Of a stretch of DNA of 42,342 bases, positions 26,801 through 34,792 are shown piece after piece (position 1 is the first letter of the stretch; every line of letters begins with the position of its first letter). The translations under genes and the position numbers were made by a program. Source of the stretch: an uncultured Clostridia bacterium (GTDB lineage: Bacteria; Bacillota; Clostridia; TANB77; CAG-508); NCBI GenBank assembly GCA_944393755.1, contig CALYBF010000002.1, positions 1 through 42,342 on the forward strand, read 5' to 3'. The notes below the pieces were generated by a model. That model ran no database searches, had not been told where the DNA came from, and was given only the letters and a program-made list of their open reading frames with translations.

Positions 26801-27892
26801 ATGGAAAAATTAGAAAACTTATCAATTGAAGAAAAAGTAGGACAAATGTTAATGGTAGGCTTAGATAGTTTAGAACATAAAAAAGAAGTTCAAAACCTAA
26901 TTAAAAAATATAAAATAACAGGAGTCTTACTATATAAAAGAGATTATAAAAATTATAGAGAAATGATTAATTTAATAAATGAATTTCGTAAATTAGGAAG
27001 AGAAAACAAAATACCACTCTTTATTGCAATAGACCAAGAAGGTGGAAGAGTAAATAGAATGCCAAATGAATTTAAAAATCTTCCACCAGCAAATACTTTA
27101 GCAAAAGAAGGTTTAGTAGAAAAAGCAAGTGAGATAACAGGTAAAATGTTAAAAAATACAGGGTTTAATTTTAATTTTGCACCAGTATTAGATATAAAAA
27201 GATTTCCAGACAATCATGCAATCGGTGATAGAGCATTTAGTAATAGTTTAGAAGAAGTAACAAAATGTGGTATAGAATATATAAATGCAATAAAAAAATA
27301 TAATGTGGTTCCTGTAATAAAGCATTATCCAGGACACGGAGCAACAACAAAAGATTCTCATTTTTCTTTACCAAAAATAGATAAAGAAAAAGAAAGTTTA
27401 GAAAAAGAAGATTTAATACCATTTAATAAAGCAATAGAAAATGGTGCAGATGTTCTGCTTGTTGGTCATTTAAGAATAAAAGGTGTAACACATGGTTTAC
27501 CTGCTACAATGTCAAAAAGCTTTATTAGAAAATATATTAGAAAGAAAAATAAATTTAATGGAGTAATTATTACAGATGATGTAAGAATGAAAGCAGTTAA
27601 AATCTTATATGGTAAGAAGAAAGCTCTAGAAAAAGCTTTTATAGCAGGAAATGATATAGTTTTATTTAAATATAACTTAGGTGATGAAAAATTAATCGAT
27701 AAAATAATTAATGATGTAAAAATTAGTAAAATTAATATTGGAAAAATAAATCGAAGTGTTAAAAGAATCTTAAAACTTAAAGAAAAATACCAAATAGAAA
27801 ATTTAGAAATACCATATTTAGAAGATTTACCAAAAGATATTAATTTTGAAATAGAAAATATAAAAAATGAAAAAGGGGAAAGCTATGAATAA
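26801..27892 (+). CDS. nagZ: Beta-N-acetylhexosaminidase, glycoside hydrolase family 3 (NagZ-like)
   Basis: GH3 motifs KVGQMLMVG, IDQEGGRVNR, APVLDI, AIGDRAF, KHYPGHGATTKDSH, ITDD. Confidence 0.88.
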   Translation: MEKLENLSIEEKVGQMLMVGLDSLEHKKEVQNLIKKYKITGVLLYKRDYKNYREMINLINEFRKLGRENKIPLFIAIDQEGGRVNRMPNEFKNLPPANTLAKEGLVEKASEITGKMLKNTGFNFNFAPVLDIKRFPDNHAIGDRAFSNSLEEVTKCGIEYINAIKKYNVVPVIKHYPGHGATTKDSHFSLPKIDKEKESLEKEDLIPFNKAIENGADVLLVGHLRIKGVTHGLPATMSKSFIRKYIRKKNKFNGVIITDDVRMKAVKILYGKKKALEKAFIAGNDIVLFKYNLGDEKLIDKIINDVKISKINIGKINRSVKRILKLKEKYQIENLEIPYLEDLPKDINFEIENIKNEKGESYE

Positions 27893-29831
27893 AATAAAGA
27901 AAATATTTTTAATTTTATTTTTTGTTCTTTTATTTATATTAATTGCAAATAAGAGTAATGCATCATCTTCAAGTTTAGAACTAAAATATTTGAATTTTTA
28001 TGCTGAAATTTTAGAAAATGGAGACATGGAAGTTACAGAAAGATGGGATATTTATATTAGAAATACTAATACATTATTTAAGACATTTAAAACAGATATA
28101 AACAAATATACAGATATAACAGATGTAAAAGTAAAAGAAATAGTAAATGGAGAAAGAAAAGAGTTCAATGAAATTTCAAGATATATGTATCACGTAAATA
28201 AAGATAATTATTATGGCTTAATAAATGATGATGGAGATTTTGAAATTGCTTGGGGTGTAGGTCTAGATAATGATAGTGATAGAAGAGTATATGAAATATC
28301 ATATAAAGTAGAAGATGCAATAGGAAAATATACAGATTATAGCCAGCTTTATTGGCAATTCGTAGGTGAAAATTTTGAAATAGATGCTAAAAAAATAAGA
28401 GGTGTAATTATACTTCCAAATGAAGCTAATAATAAAGAAGAAATAAGAGTATGGGGGCATACTAAAGGGTTAAATGGAGAAATATATGCAACAGATAATG
28501 ATAAAATAGAATTTACAATAGATGATTTTAAGGCAGGTACATATGTGGAAATAAGAACTTTATTTCCAAACTATATATTAAATGAAGAAGTTAAAAGAGA
28601 ATATAATCACGAAATTTTAGGAACAGTATTAGATGAAGAAGAAGATTGGGCAAATGAAGCAAATAGAATACGTAATATAAGAAATTTATTAGTAGTTGTC
28701 TATTATATTGTAATAATTATAATTTCTATTTTACTAATTATAAATATTATTAAAAAAATAAAATTAATAGTAACAAGAAAGTTAAGAAAGCCATCACAAG
28801 AAATAACATATTTTAGAGAAATACCACGAGAAGATGCATCACCAGGAGAAGCAGTATATTTATTAAAGAAAGCAAAAGGCAATTTACAATCAAATGATAT
28901 AGGTAAAATATTTTCTGCAACAATATTAAATTTCTCATTAAAAAAATTAATAGAAGTAGAAGAAAAACAAAATGAAAAAGGAAAAGAAGAAATTTATATA
29001 AAACTAAAAGATAAAGAAGGTATTTTAAAACTTGAAAATAAAGATGAAAAAGAAATAGGTGCATTTTTAATATCAGCATTTGGTGGAAGAGAAAATACGG
29101 AAATTAATGTAAAAAAATTAGAAAAATTTATTAAAAATTCATCACCTAGAAGAATATTAAATTTACAAGAAGATATAAGAAATGGCTTTAAAGGAAAATT
29201 GCTAGAAAGAAAAATAATAGATGAAGAAGGACAAGATAAATATTTAAAAGAAACAAGAAAACAAATTACAAGTATTTATATATGTTTTATGTATGTGTTT
29301 TTATCTATTTTAGTAATAGAAAAAATTGGAAGTTTAGCTTTAATTGGTTCTATAATATTAGGAGTTATTTTATTTATCCGTATTATATTATCAGGAATAG
29401 CTATCACAAGAATAAATTTCTATACACAAGAAGGAATAGATGAAATAGAAAAATGGAAAGGCTTAAAAAAATATATGGAAGAATTTTCTTTACTTAATGA
29501 AAGAGAAGTACCAGAAATTGCAATATGGGAAAAATTCTTGGTATATGCAACAGCATTTGGAATAGCAGATAAAGTATTAAAGCAAATAAAAATAGTTTAT
29601 CCAGATATTGAAAATAATATAAATGTAAATACATACCCATATATGCATTTGATGATACATACAAACTTCTCAAGAAGTTTTTCAAGTGCAATTAGTAGCT
29701 CTATGTCATCTGCATATAGTTCAGCATCAGGCAGAGGCGGAGGCTTCTCTGGTGGTGGAGGCGGTCGGTCGGTGGCCGGTGGCCGGAGGTCGGCGGAAGA
29801 TAAAACTTTTGCTTTAATGAAAGAAAAATAG
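27885..29831 (+). CDS. DUF2207-family membrane protein (paralog 1). The C-terminal Gly tract is apparently frame-disrupted.
   Basis: Signal/TM, a beta-rich N-domain (YLNFYAEILENGDMEVTERWDI, YEISYKV.DA, LYWQFVG), TM helices and the conserved EIAIWEKFLVYATAFGIADKV motif, then a Ser/Gly tail. ATG-27885 (GGGGAAAG RBS) overlaps the nagZ stop. The ORF end is shifted by extra C residues at 29766-29791, and the corrected stop would be 29801-29803. Confidence 0.8.
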   Translation: MNKIKKIFLILFFVLLFILIANKSNASSSSLELKYLNFYAEILENGDMEVTERWDIYIRNTNTLFKTFKTDINKYTDITDVKVKEIVNGERKEFNEISRYMYHVNKDNYYGLINDDGDFEIAWGVGLDNDSDRRVYEISYKVEDAIGKYTDYSQLYWQFVGENFEIDAKKIRGVIILPNEANNKEEIRVWGHTKGLNGEIYATDNDKIEFTIDDFKAGTYVEIRTLFPNYILNEEVKREYNHEILGTVLDEEEDWANEANRIRNIRNLLVVVYYIVIIIISILLIINIIKKIKLIVTRKLRKPSQEITYFREIPREDASPGEAVYLLKKAKGNLQSNDIGKIFSATILNFSLKKLIEVEEKQNEKGKEEIYIKLKDKEGILKLENKDEKEIGAFLISAFGGRENTEINVKKLEKFIKNSSPRRILNLQEDIRNGFKGKLLERKIIDEEGQDKYLKETRKQITSIYICFMYVFLSILVIEKIGSLALIGSIILGVILFIRIILSGIAITRINFYTQEGIDEIEKWKGLKKYMEEFSLLNEREVPEIAIWEKFLVYATAFGIADKVLKQIKIVYPDIENNINVNTYPYMHLMIHTNFSRSFSSAISSSMSSAYSSASGRGGGFSGGGGGRSVAGGRRSAEDKTFALMKEK

Positions 29832-29876
29832 GGAAAAAGAATAAATAAAAAGATAAAAAATAAAGGAGTTTTGAAA

Positions 29877-31682
29877 ATGGAAGAAGAAAAAATTAAAAGA
29901 ATTTATGAAATATTAGACAATATACCTGTAACAGAAAAAAATAAATCAATAATAGAAGAAATAAAACAAGAATTATTAAATAAAGATTATATGGCAGCAT
30001 ATAAGAAAATAGAAAAATTAAATAAATCAGAAGAAGATGATGAAGATAAAGAAGAATATATAGAAGAGGAAGAAGAACAAACAGGAATTTATCCAAAAGA
30101 ACTAAGTAATGTAGAAGAAGAACGTACTTTTATAGGTTTACTTTTAAATGACCCAAAACTAATAGTAAAATATTATTTCCCATTTGAAGAGTGTTATTTT
30201 GAAGATCCAGATTCTTTAAATGTGTATAAAAGTATATTATTTACAGAAGGTGGAGCATATAGCTCAGAAGATGCAAAAAGAAGATTTAATTTTGCAAGAG
30301 ACAATGAAGAAGTTTATAATTTTAAAATGGAACTAAAAGCTAAAGTAAAAAATAAAGAATATGATGTTGAAAAAATATTTATAGACTTAAGAAAATTATT
30401 TATTTTAAGAAAAAATTATTTAGCAATTCCTATAAAATCAATTCAAGATAGAGTTGTAGAAATAACAAATTATCTTCTTTATGATAAAATGTCAATCGAA
30501 GAAGTAAAAAGTGCAATAGAACAAGTAAATGCAACAGAAAAATTTAAAAGAGCAGTATTAAACAAAGATTTAACAACATTTCTAGAATCAGGAGAAAATA
30601 ATTTAAGAAATGGTTTGCCACTTCCATTTCCAATACTTACAAGTGTATTTAAAGGAATAAGAAGAGGAGAAACAATGGCATTTTCTATGCCTTCAAACTC
30701 AGGTAAAAGTAGATTTACAATTGACATTGCAGCACACGTAGCACTTGTACATAAAAAGAAAGTATTAATAATTTCAAATGAAATGTCAGAAGACAAAATG
30801 AAATTATGCTTAATAACAACAATTATAAACAATAAAGCAATACAAGAATTACACGGAGTACATTTAAGTAAAACAGAAGGAGAACTTTTAGAATTTAAAT
30901 ATAGAGCAGATGACCCTAAAAATGTAGAAACAGACGAAGAAGGTTTCATAATAAGAAAACCAAAAGAAAAACAAGGAGATTTTGTAAAGAGATTAACAAA
31001 AGAATCAGAAGAATTTAGAAAAACTATAGAAATTACAGATTGGGCAAATAAAGAAATAAAAAATTCTATATACTTTATTAATATAACAGACCATACAAAT
31101 GATGAACTTCAAAAAGTTATTATGAATTATTATTATAAAGAACAAATAGAATATGTATTTTATGATACTTTAAAAACAGATACAGCAAATATTGGTGTAG
31201 GAGAAGAGTTAAAGAAAACAGCAACAATTTTATCAAATTTAGCACAAAACTTTAATTTATATATTTGTTCAACATTACAATTAGCAGAAAGTAATACATT
31301 ACCAGTAAACTTAAATGTAAATGACTTAGCAGTAAGTAGAACAGTAAAAGAAGTATTAGATACATTATGTTTAATAAAACAAATAAATAGAGACACATTG
31401 CAAGATTATGAATATTCTTTAAATGAAGTAGACACAAAATTCTTTAATTTAAAGAAATTTGACGACCCAGATGTTAGATATTATGCTTGTGTAGTAGATA
31501 AAAACAGAGCAGGAGCTAAGCCAACACTATTATTTAGATTAAACTTAGCATATAATGTATGGGAAGAACTTCGGATATTTACGTTTAAAACAAAACATTT
31601 GAGACAAAAGGGGACACCCTCTTTTTGTCTCATTTTTAAAAAGATTTGCATATACTCAAGAAAATGTGATTATAATTATTAA
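29877..31682 (+). CDS. Divergent DnaB-like helicase with an acidic N-terminal extension. The 3' end is apparently frameshifted.
   Basis: DnaB-like N-domain (EERTFIGLLLNDPKL), Walker A-like SMPSNSGKSRF, SNEMS, QLAESN and DKNRAG motifs. ATG-29877 lies 8 nt after AAAGGAG. The tail ..RIFTFKTKHLRQKGTPSFCLIF.. is translation of a repeat element. Removing C-31572 gives ..WEELGYLRLKQNI with a stop at 31600-31602. Confidence 0.7.
   Translation: MEEEKIKRIYEILDNIPVTEKNKSIIEEIKQELLNKDYMAAYKKIEKLNKSEEDDEDKEEYIEEEEEQTGIYPKELSNVEEERTFIGLLLNDPKLIVKYYFPFEECYFEDPDSLNVYKSILFTEGGAYSSEDAKRRFNFARDNEEVYNFKMELKAKVKNKEYDVEKIFIDLRKLFILRKNYLAIPIKSIQDRVVEITNYLLYDKMSIEEVKSAIEQVNATEKFKRAVLNKDLTTFLESGENNLRNGLPLPFPILTSVFKGIRRGETMAFSMPSNSGKSRFTIDIAAHVALVHKKKVLIISNEMSEDKMKLCLITTIINNKAIQELHGVHLSKTEGELLEFKYRADDPKNVETDEEGFIIRKPKEKQGDFVKRLTKESEEFRKTIEITDWANKEIKNSIYFINITDHTNDELQKVIMNYYYKEQIEYVFYDTLKTDTANIGVGEELKKTATILSNLAQNFNLYICSTLQLAESNTLPVNLNVNDLAVSRTVKEVLDTLCLIKQINRDTLQDYEYSLNEVDTKFFNLKKFDDPDVRYYACVVDKNRAGAKPTLLFRLNLAYNVWEELRIFTFKTKHLRQKGTPSFCLIFKKICIYSRKCDYNY
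31600..31636 (+). repeat. Dispersed hairpin repeat, copy d
   Basis: Sequence tgagacaaaaggggacaccctctttttgtctcattttt, with the same termini, GGGAC core and T-tail as the 12165 copy. Confidence 0.8.
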
Positions 31683-31788
31683 AAATTGTAATTTATGCTA
31701 TTATAAAAAAAGACGGACATAATTATAAATTAACAAAATAAAACTTCTTTCATAATATATAGAAATATATATGGAAGGAGTTTTTTAT

Positions 31789-32505
31789 ATGAGTTATGAA
31801 TTATTAGAAAGTGGAAATGTAAAAATAGGAGAAAAAGCACCAGATTTTAATGCAATATCAACATTTGGAAATATAAGCCTAAAAGATTATGAAGGAAAAT
31901 GGCTAGTGCTATTTTCACACCCAGGAGATTTTACCCCAGTATGCACAACAGAAATGATAGCATTTACTAGAGCAAATAAATATTTTAATAAAATGAATAC
32001 AGAACTATTAGGCTTAAGTGTAGACAGTAATAGTTCGCACTTGGCTTGGGTTTATGATATATATTGTCGAACAGGAATAAAAATATCATTTCCAATAATA
32101 GCAGATAGAAATGGGATAATATCAAGAAGATATGGAATGATATCAAATGAAGTAAGCACAACAGAAACAGTAAGAAATGTATATATAATAGACGATAAAC
32201 AATACATAAGAGCAATATTTATATATCCAATGAATATAGGAAGGTTTATTCCAGAAATAATAAGAACAGTAAAAGCACTTCAAATGGCAGAATGTATGGG
32301 AGGAGCAACAGCGGCAAATTGGATGCCAAACCAGCCTATAATAATACCAAGCCCTAAAACGTATAGTGAATTAGAAAAAAGGGTAGAATATATAAATAAA
32401 AATAGAAATGGAATAAATTGGTATTTAAGTTTTGAAGAACCAAATAAAAAATGTATAGGTGAAGCCGAGAATAAAGAAGATAAAGAAAATAAGAAGGAGA
32501 TGTAA
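31789..32505 (+). CDS. Peroxiredoxin, Prx6/1-Cys-type (AhpC/TSA family)
   Basis: The sequence APDFNA....G.I.L.DY.GKWLVLFSHPGDFTPVCTTE is the Prx6-subfamily active-site context. WVYDI and PANW-like (AANWMPNQP) motifs are present. ATG-31789 (GGAAGGAG RBS) is preferred over the track start at 31771. Confidence 0.85.
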   Translation: MSYELLESGNVKIGEKAPDFNAISTFGNISLKDYEGKWLVLFSHPGDFTPVCTTEMIAFTRANKYFNKMNTELLGLSVDSNSSHLAWVYDIYCRTGIKISFPIIADRNGIISRRYGMISNEVSTTETVRNVYIIDDKQYIRAIFIYPMNIGRFIPEIIRTVKALQMAECMGGATAANWMPNQPIIIPSPKTYSELEKRVEYINKNRNGINWYLSFEEPNKKCIGEAENKEDKENKKEM

Positions 32506-32512
32506 ATAAAAA

Positions 32513-33538
32513 ATGTTAGAAAAATTAATTGGAAATACACCAATGATAAAAATAAAATGTAAATATAGAGGAGAAGAGGGAAAAGGAATAGAAAAAGAAA
32601 TAAATGTGTATGTAAAATTAGAATATTATAACTTAACAGGAAGCATAAAAGATAGAGTTGTTTTTTATATAATAGAAAAAGCAAGAAAAGAAGGAAAATT
32701 AAAAGATAAAATGAAATTAGTAGAAGCAACAAGTGGAAATACAGGAATATCACTTGCAAGTATAGGAGCATATTATAATTACCCAGTACATATATTTATG
32801 CCAGACTTTGTAAGTTATGAAAGAGTACAATTAATGAAAAGTTATGGAGCAGAAGTAGAATTAATATCGAGAAAAGACGGTGGTTTTATAAAATGTGTAG
32901 AATTAGCAAAAAAATATGCAAAAGAAAACGATGCATTTTTAGTAAATCAGTTTAGTAATATAGATAATTATAAAGCACATTATGAAACGACAGGAAAAGA
33001 AATAATACGAGATTTAGAGAAAATAGAAAAAAAGGAAAAACAAAAAGAAGAAAAAATAAGCGAAAGAATAGGTGCTTTTATATCAGGAGTAGGAACAGGT
33101 GGAACATTAATGGGAATAGGAAATAGATTAAAAGAAAAATATAAAGACATAAAAATAGTAGCTCTAGAACCAGATAAAATGCCAATAATAAGTAAAGAAA
33201 AATATGGAAAAGAAAATAAATTAGAACAACACAAAATAGAAGGAATAGGAGATGATTTTGTACCAGACTTATTAAATATAGAAAAAATAGATGATATAAT
33301 ACTAATAAATGATGATGAAGCAATAAAAATGGCAAAAAAAATAGCGAAAGAATTAGGAATAGGGGTAGGAATTTCATCAGGAGCAAATTTACTAGGAGCA
33401 ATAAAATTGGGATATAAACTAAACAAAGATATAATAACAGTATTTGCAGACGATAACAAAAAATATCTATCAACAGAATTAGGAAATGAGAATTTCGGGT
33501 CGGGGTCCGGGGCAATTTTCTCTCATTTTGTAAAATAA
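32513..33538 (+). CDS. PLP-dependent cysteine synthase-like enzyme (CysK/CysM family) with Lys/Glu-rich insertions
   Basis: LTGSIKDRVV (PLP lysine), TSGNTGISLA, GVGTGGTLMGIG and SSGANL motifs. The last ~14 codons (..NENFGSGSGAIFSHFVK) are read out of a repeat element. Confidence 0.8.
   Translation: MLEKLIGNTPMIKIKCKYRGEEGKGIEKEINVYVKLEYYNLTGSIKDRVVFYIIEKARKEGKLKDKMKLVEATSGNTGISLASIGAYYNYPVHIFMPDFVSYERVQLMKSYGAEVELISRKDGGFIKCVELAKKYAKENDAFLVNQFSNIDNYKAHYETTGKEIIRDLEKIEKKEKQKEEKISERIGAFISGVGTGGTLMGIGNRLKEKYKDIKIVALEPDKMPIISKEKYGKENKLEQHKIEGIGDDFVPDLLNIEKIDDIILINDDEAIKMAKKIAKELGIGVGISSGANLLGAIKLGYKLNKDIITVFADDNKKYLSTELGNENFGSGSGAIFSHFVK
33487..33529 (+). repeat. Dispersed hairpin repeat, degenerate copy e1, overlapping the cysK-like 3' end
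   Basis: Sequence tgagaatttcgggtcggggtccggggcaattttctctcatttt. It has the same TGAGA...TCTCATTTT termini and G-cluster core. Confidence 0.6.
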
Positions 33539-33542
33539 TGGA

Positions 33543-33579
33543 AAAATGATACAAAAAATGCCCGTCCCCATTTTTCTCA
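33543..33579 (-). repeat. Dispersed hairpin repeat, copy e2 (inverted relative to e1)
   Basis: The reverse complement reads tgagaaaaatggggacgggcattttttgtatcatttt, close to the copy at 2498-2534. Confidence 0.7.
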
Positions 33580-33699
33580 TTTTCTCTTGACATATTTTTA
33601 TTTAAGAAATAAAATAATCAAAGAAACAAATATTAAATAATAAACAAAATTTGTTTTAAGTTAAATTAATTTTATTAAATAGATAAGGGAGGAATTATT

Positions 33700-34629
33700 A
33701 TGTTAGTTACAACTAAAGAAATGTTTGAAAAATCTATGAAGGAAGGATATGCAATAGGTGCTTTTAATGTAAATAATATGGAAATTATACAAGCTATAGT
33801 AGATGCTGCAGCAGAAGCTAAATCACCAGTTATATTACAAGCTTCTTCTAGTGCTATTAAATATGCGAGAATGGGATATTTAATGAAAATGGTAGAAGCT
33901 GCAGTAGAAGAACACCCAGAAGTTCCAGTTGCAATTCATTTAGACCATGGGGCAGATTTTGAAACTGCTAAAATGTGTATTGATAGTGGCTTTACATCTG
34001 TTATGATAGATGGTTCTAAATATGATTTTGAGGAAAATGTAAGACTTACAAAACAAGTTGTTGATTATGCACACGAAAAGGGTATTGTAGTAGAAGCTGA
34101 ACTTGGAAAATTAGCAGGTATTGAAGATGATGTAAATGTAGAAGCAAAAGATGCTATGTATACAGACCCAGACCAAGCAGAAGAATTTGTTAGAAGAACA
34201 GGTGTAGATTCTTTAGCAATTGCAATTGGTACAAGCCATGGTGCTTATAAATTTAAAGGTGAAGCTAAACTTAGATTTGATATTTTAAAAGAAATTAAAG
34301 AAAAAATACCAAATACACCAATAGTATTACACGGAGCTTCAACTGTTATTCCAGAGTTGGTAGATATGTGCAATAAATATGGTGGAAATATCCCAGGAGC
34401 TAAAGGTGTGCCAGATGAAATTTTACACGAAGCAAGTATTTCTGGTGTTTCTAAAATAAATGTTGATACAGACTTAAGACTAGCAATGACAGCAGGTGTA
34501 AGAAAAGTATTTGTAGAAGAACCAAATGCATTTGACCCAAGAAAATATTTAGGTGAAGCAAGAGAATTAATTAAAGAAACAGTAAAACATAAAATGATTG
34601 ATGTTTTCGGTTCTAGCAATAAAATATAG
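33700..34629 (+). CDS. fba: Class II fructose-1,6-bisphosphate aldolase
   Basis: Typical class II FBA sequence (GYAIGAFNVNNME, PVILQAS, VPVAIHLDHG, SVMIDGS, VEAELG, GTSHGAYKF, LHGASTV, KINVDTD). Confidence 0.93.
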   Translation: MLVTTKEMFEKSMKEGYAIGAFNVNNMEIIQAIVDAAAEAKSPVILQASSSAIKYARMGYLMKMVEAAVEEHPEVPVAIHLDHGADFETAKMCIDSGFTSVMIDGSKYDFEENVRLTKQVVDYAHEKGIVVEAELGKLAGIEDDVNVEAKDAMYTDPDQAEEFVRRTGVDSLAIAIGTSHGAYKFKGEAKLRFDILKEIKEKIPNTPIVLHGASTVIPELVDMCNKYGGNIPGAKGVPDEILHEASISGVSKINVDTDLRLAMTAGVRKVFVEEPNAFDPRKYLGEARELIKETVKHKMIDVFGSSNKI

Positions 34630-34792
34630 AAAATATTAATATGTAAAAAAATAATAAAATACAAATAACAAAATGAAAATAAAAAAGAAATAGTAAAAAA
34701 CATAAAGAATTAAAATTTTGTATTAAATGATATAGAAGAGTTAAATCTTTTCTATATCATTAATTATATTATTTTAAGGGGATAAATGTTAT

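Noticed and set aside
32280-33593. Long Leu/Phe/Ile-rich ORFs on the strand opposite many genes (e.g. 32280-32771, 33078-33593, 11227-11697, 8525-8872, 15301-15663)
   Set aside because: They are mirror images of Lys/Glu/Asn-rich coding regions in AT-rich DNA. They have low complexity, no RBS and no recognisable motifs, and the opposite strand encodes well-recognised proteins.
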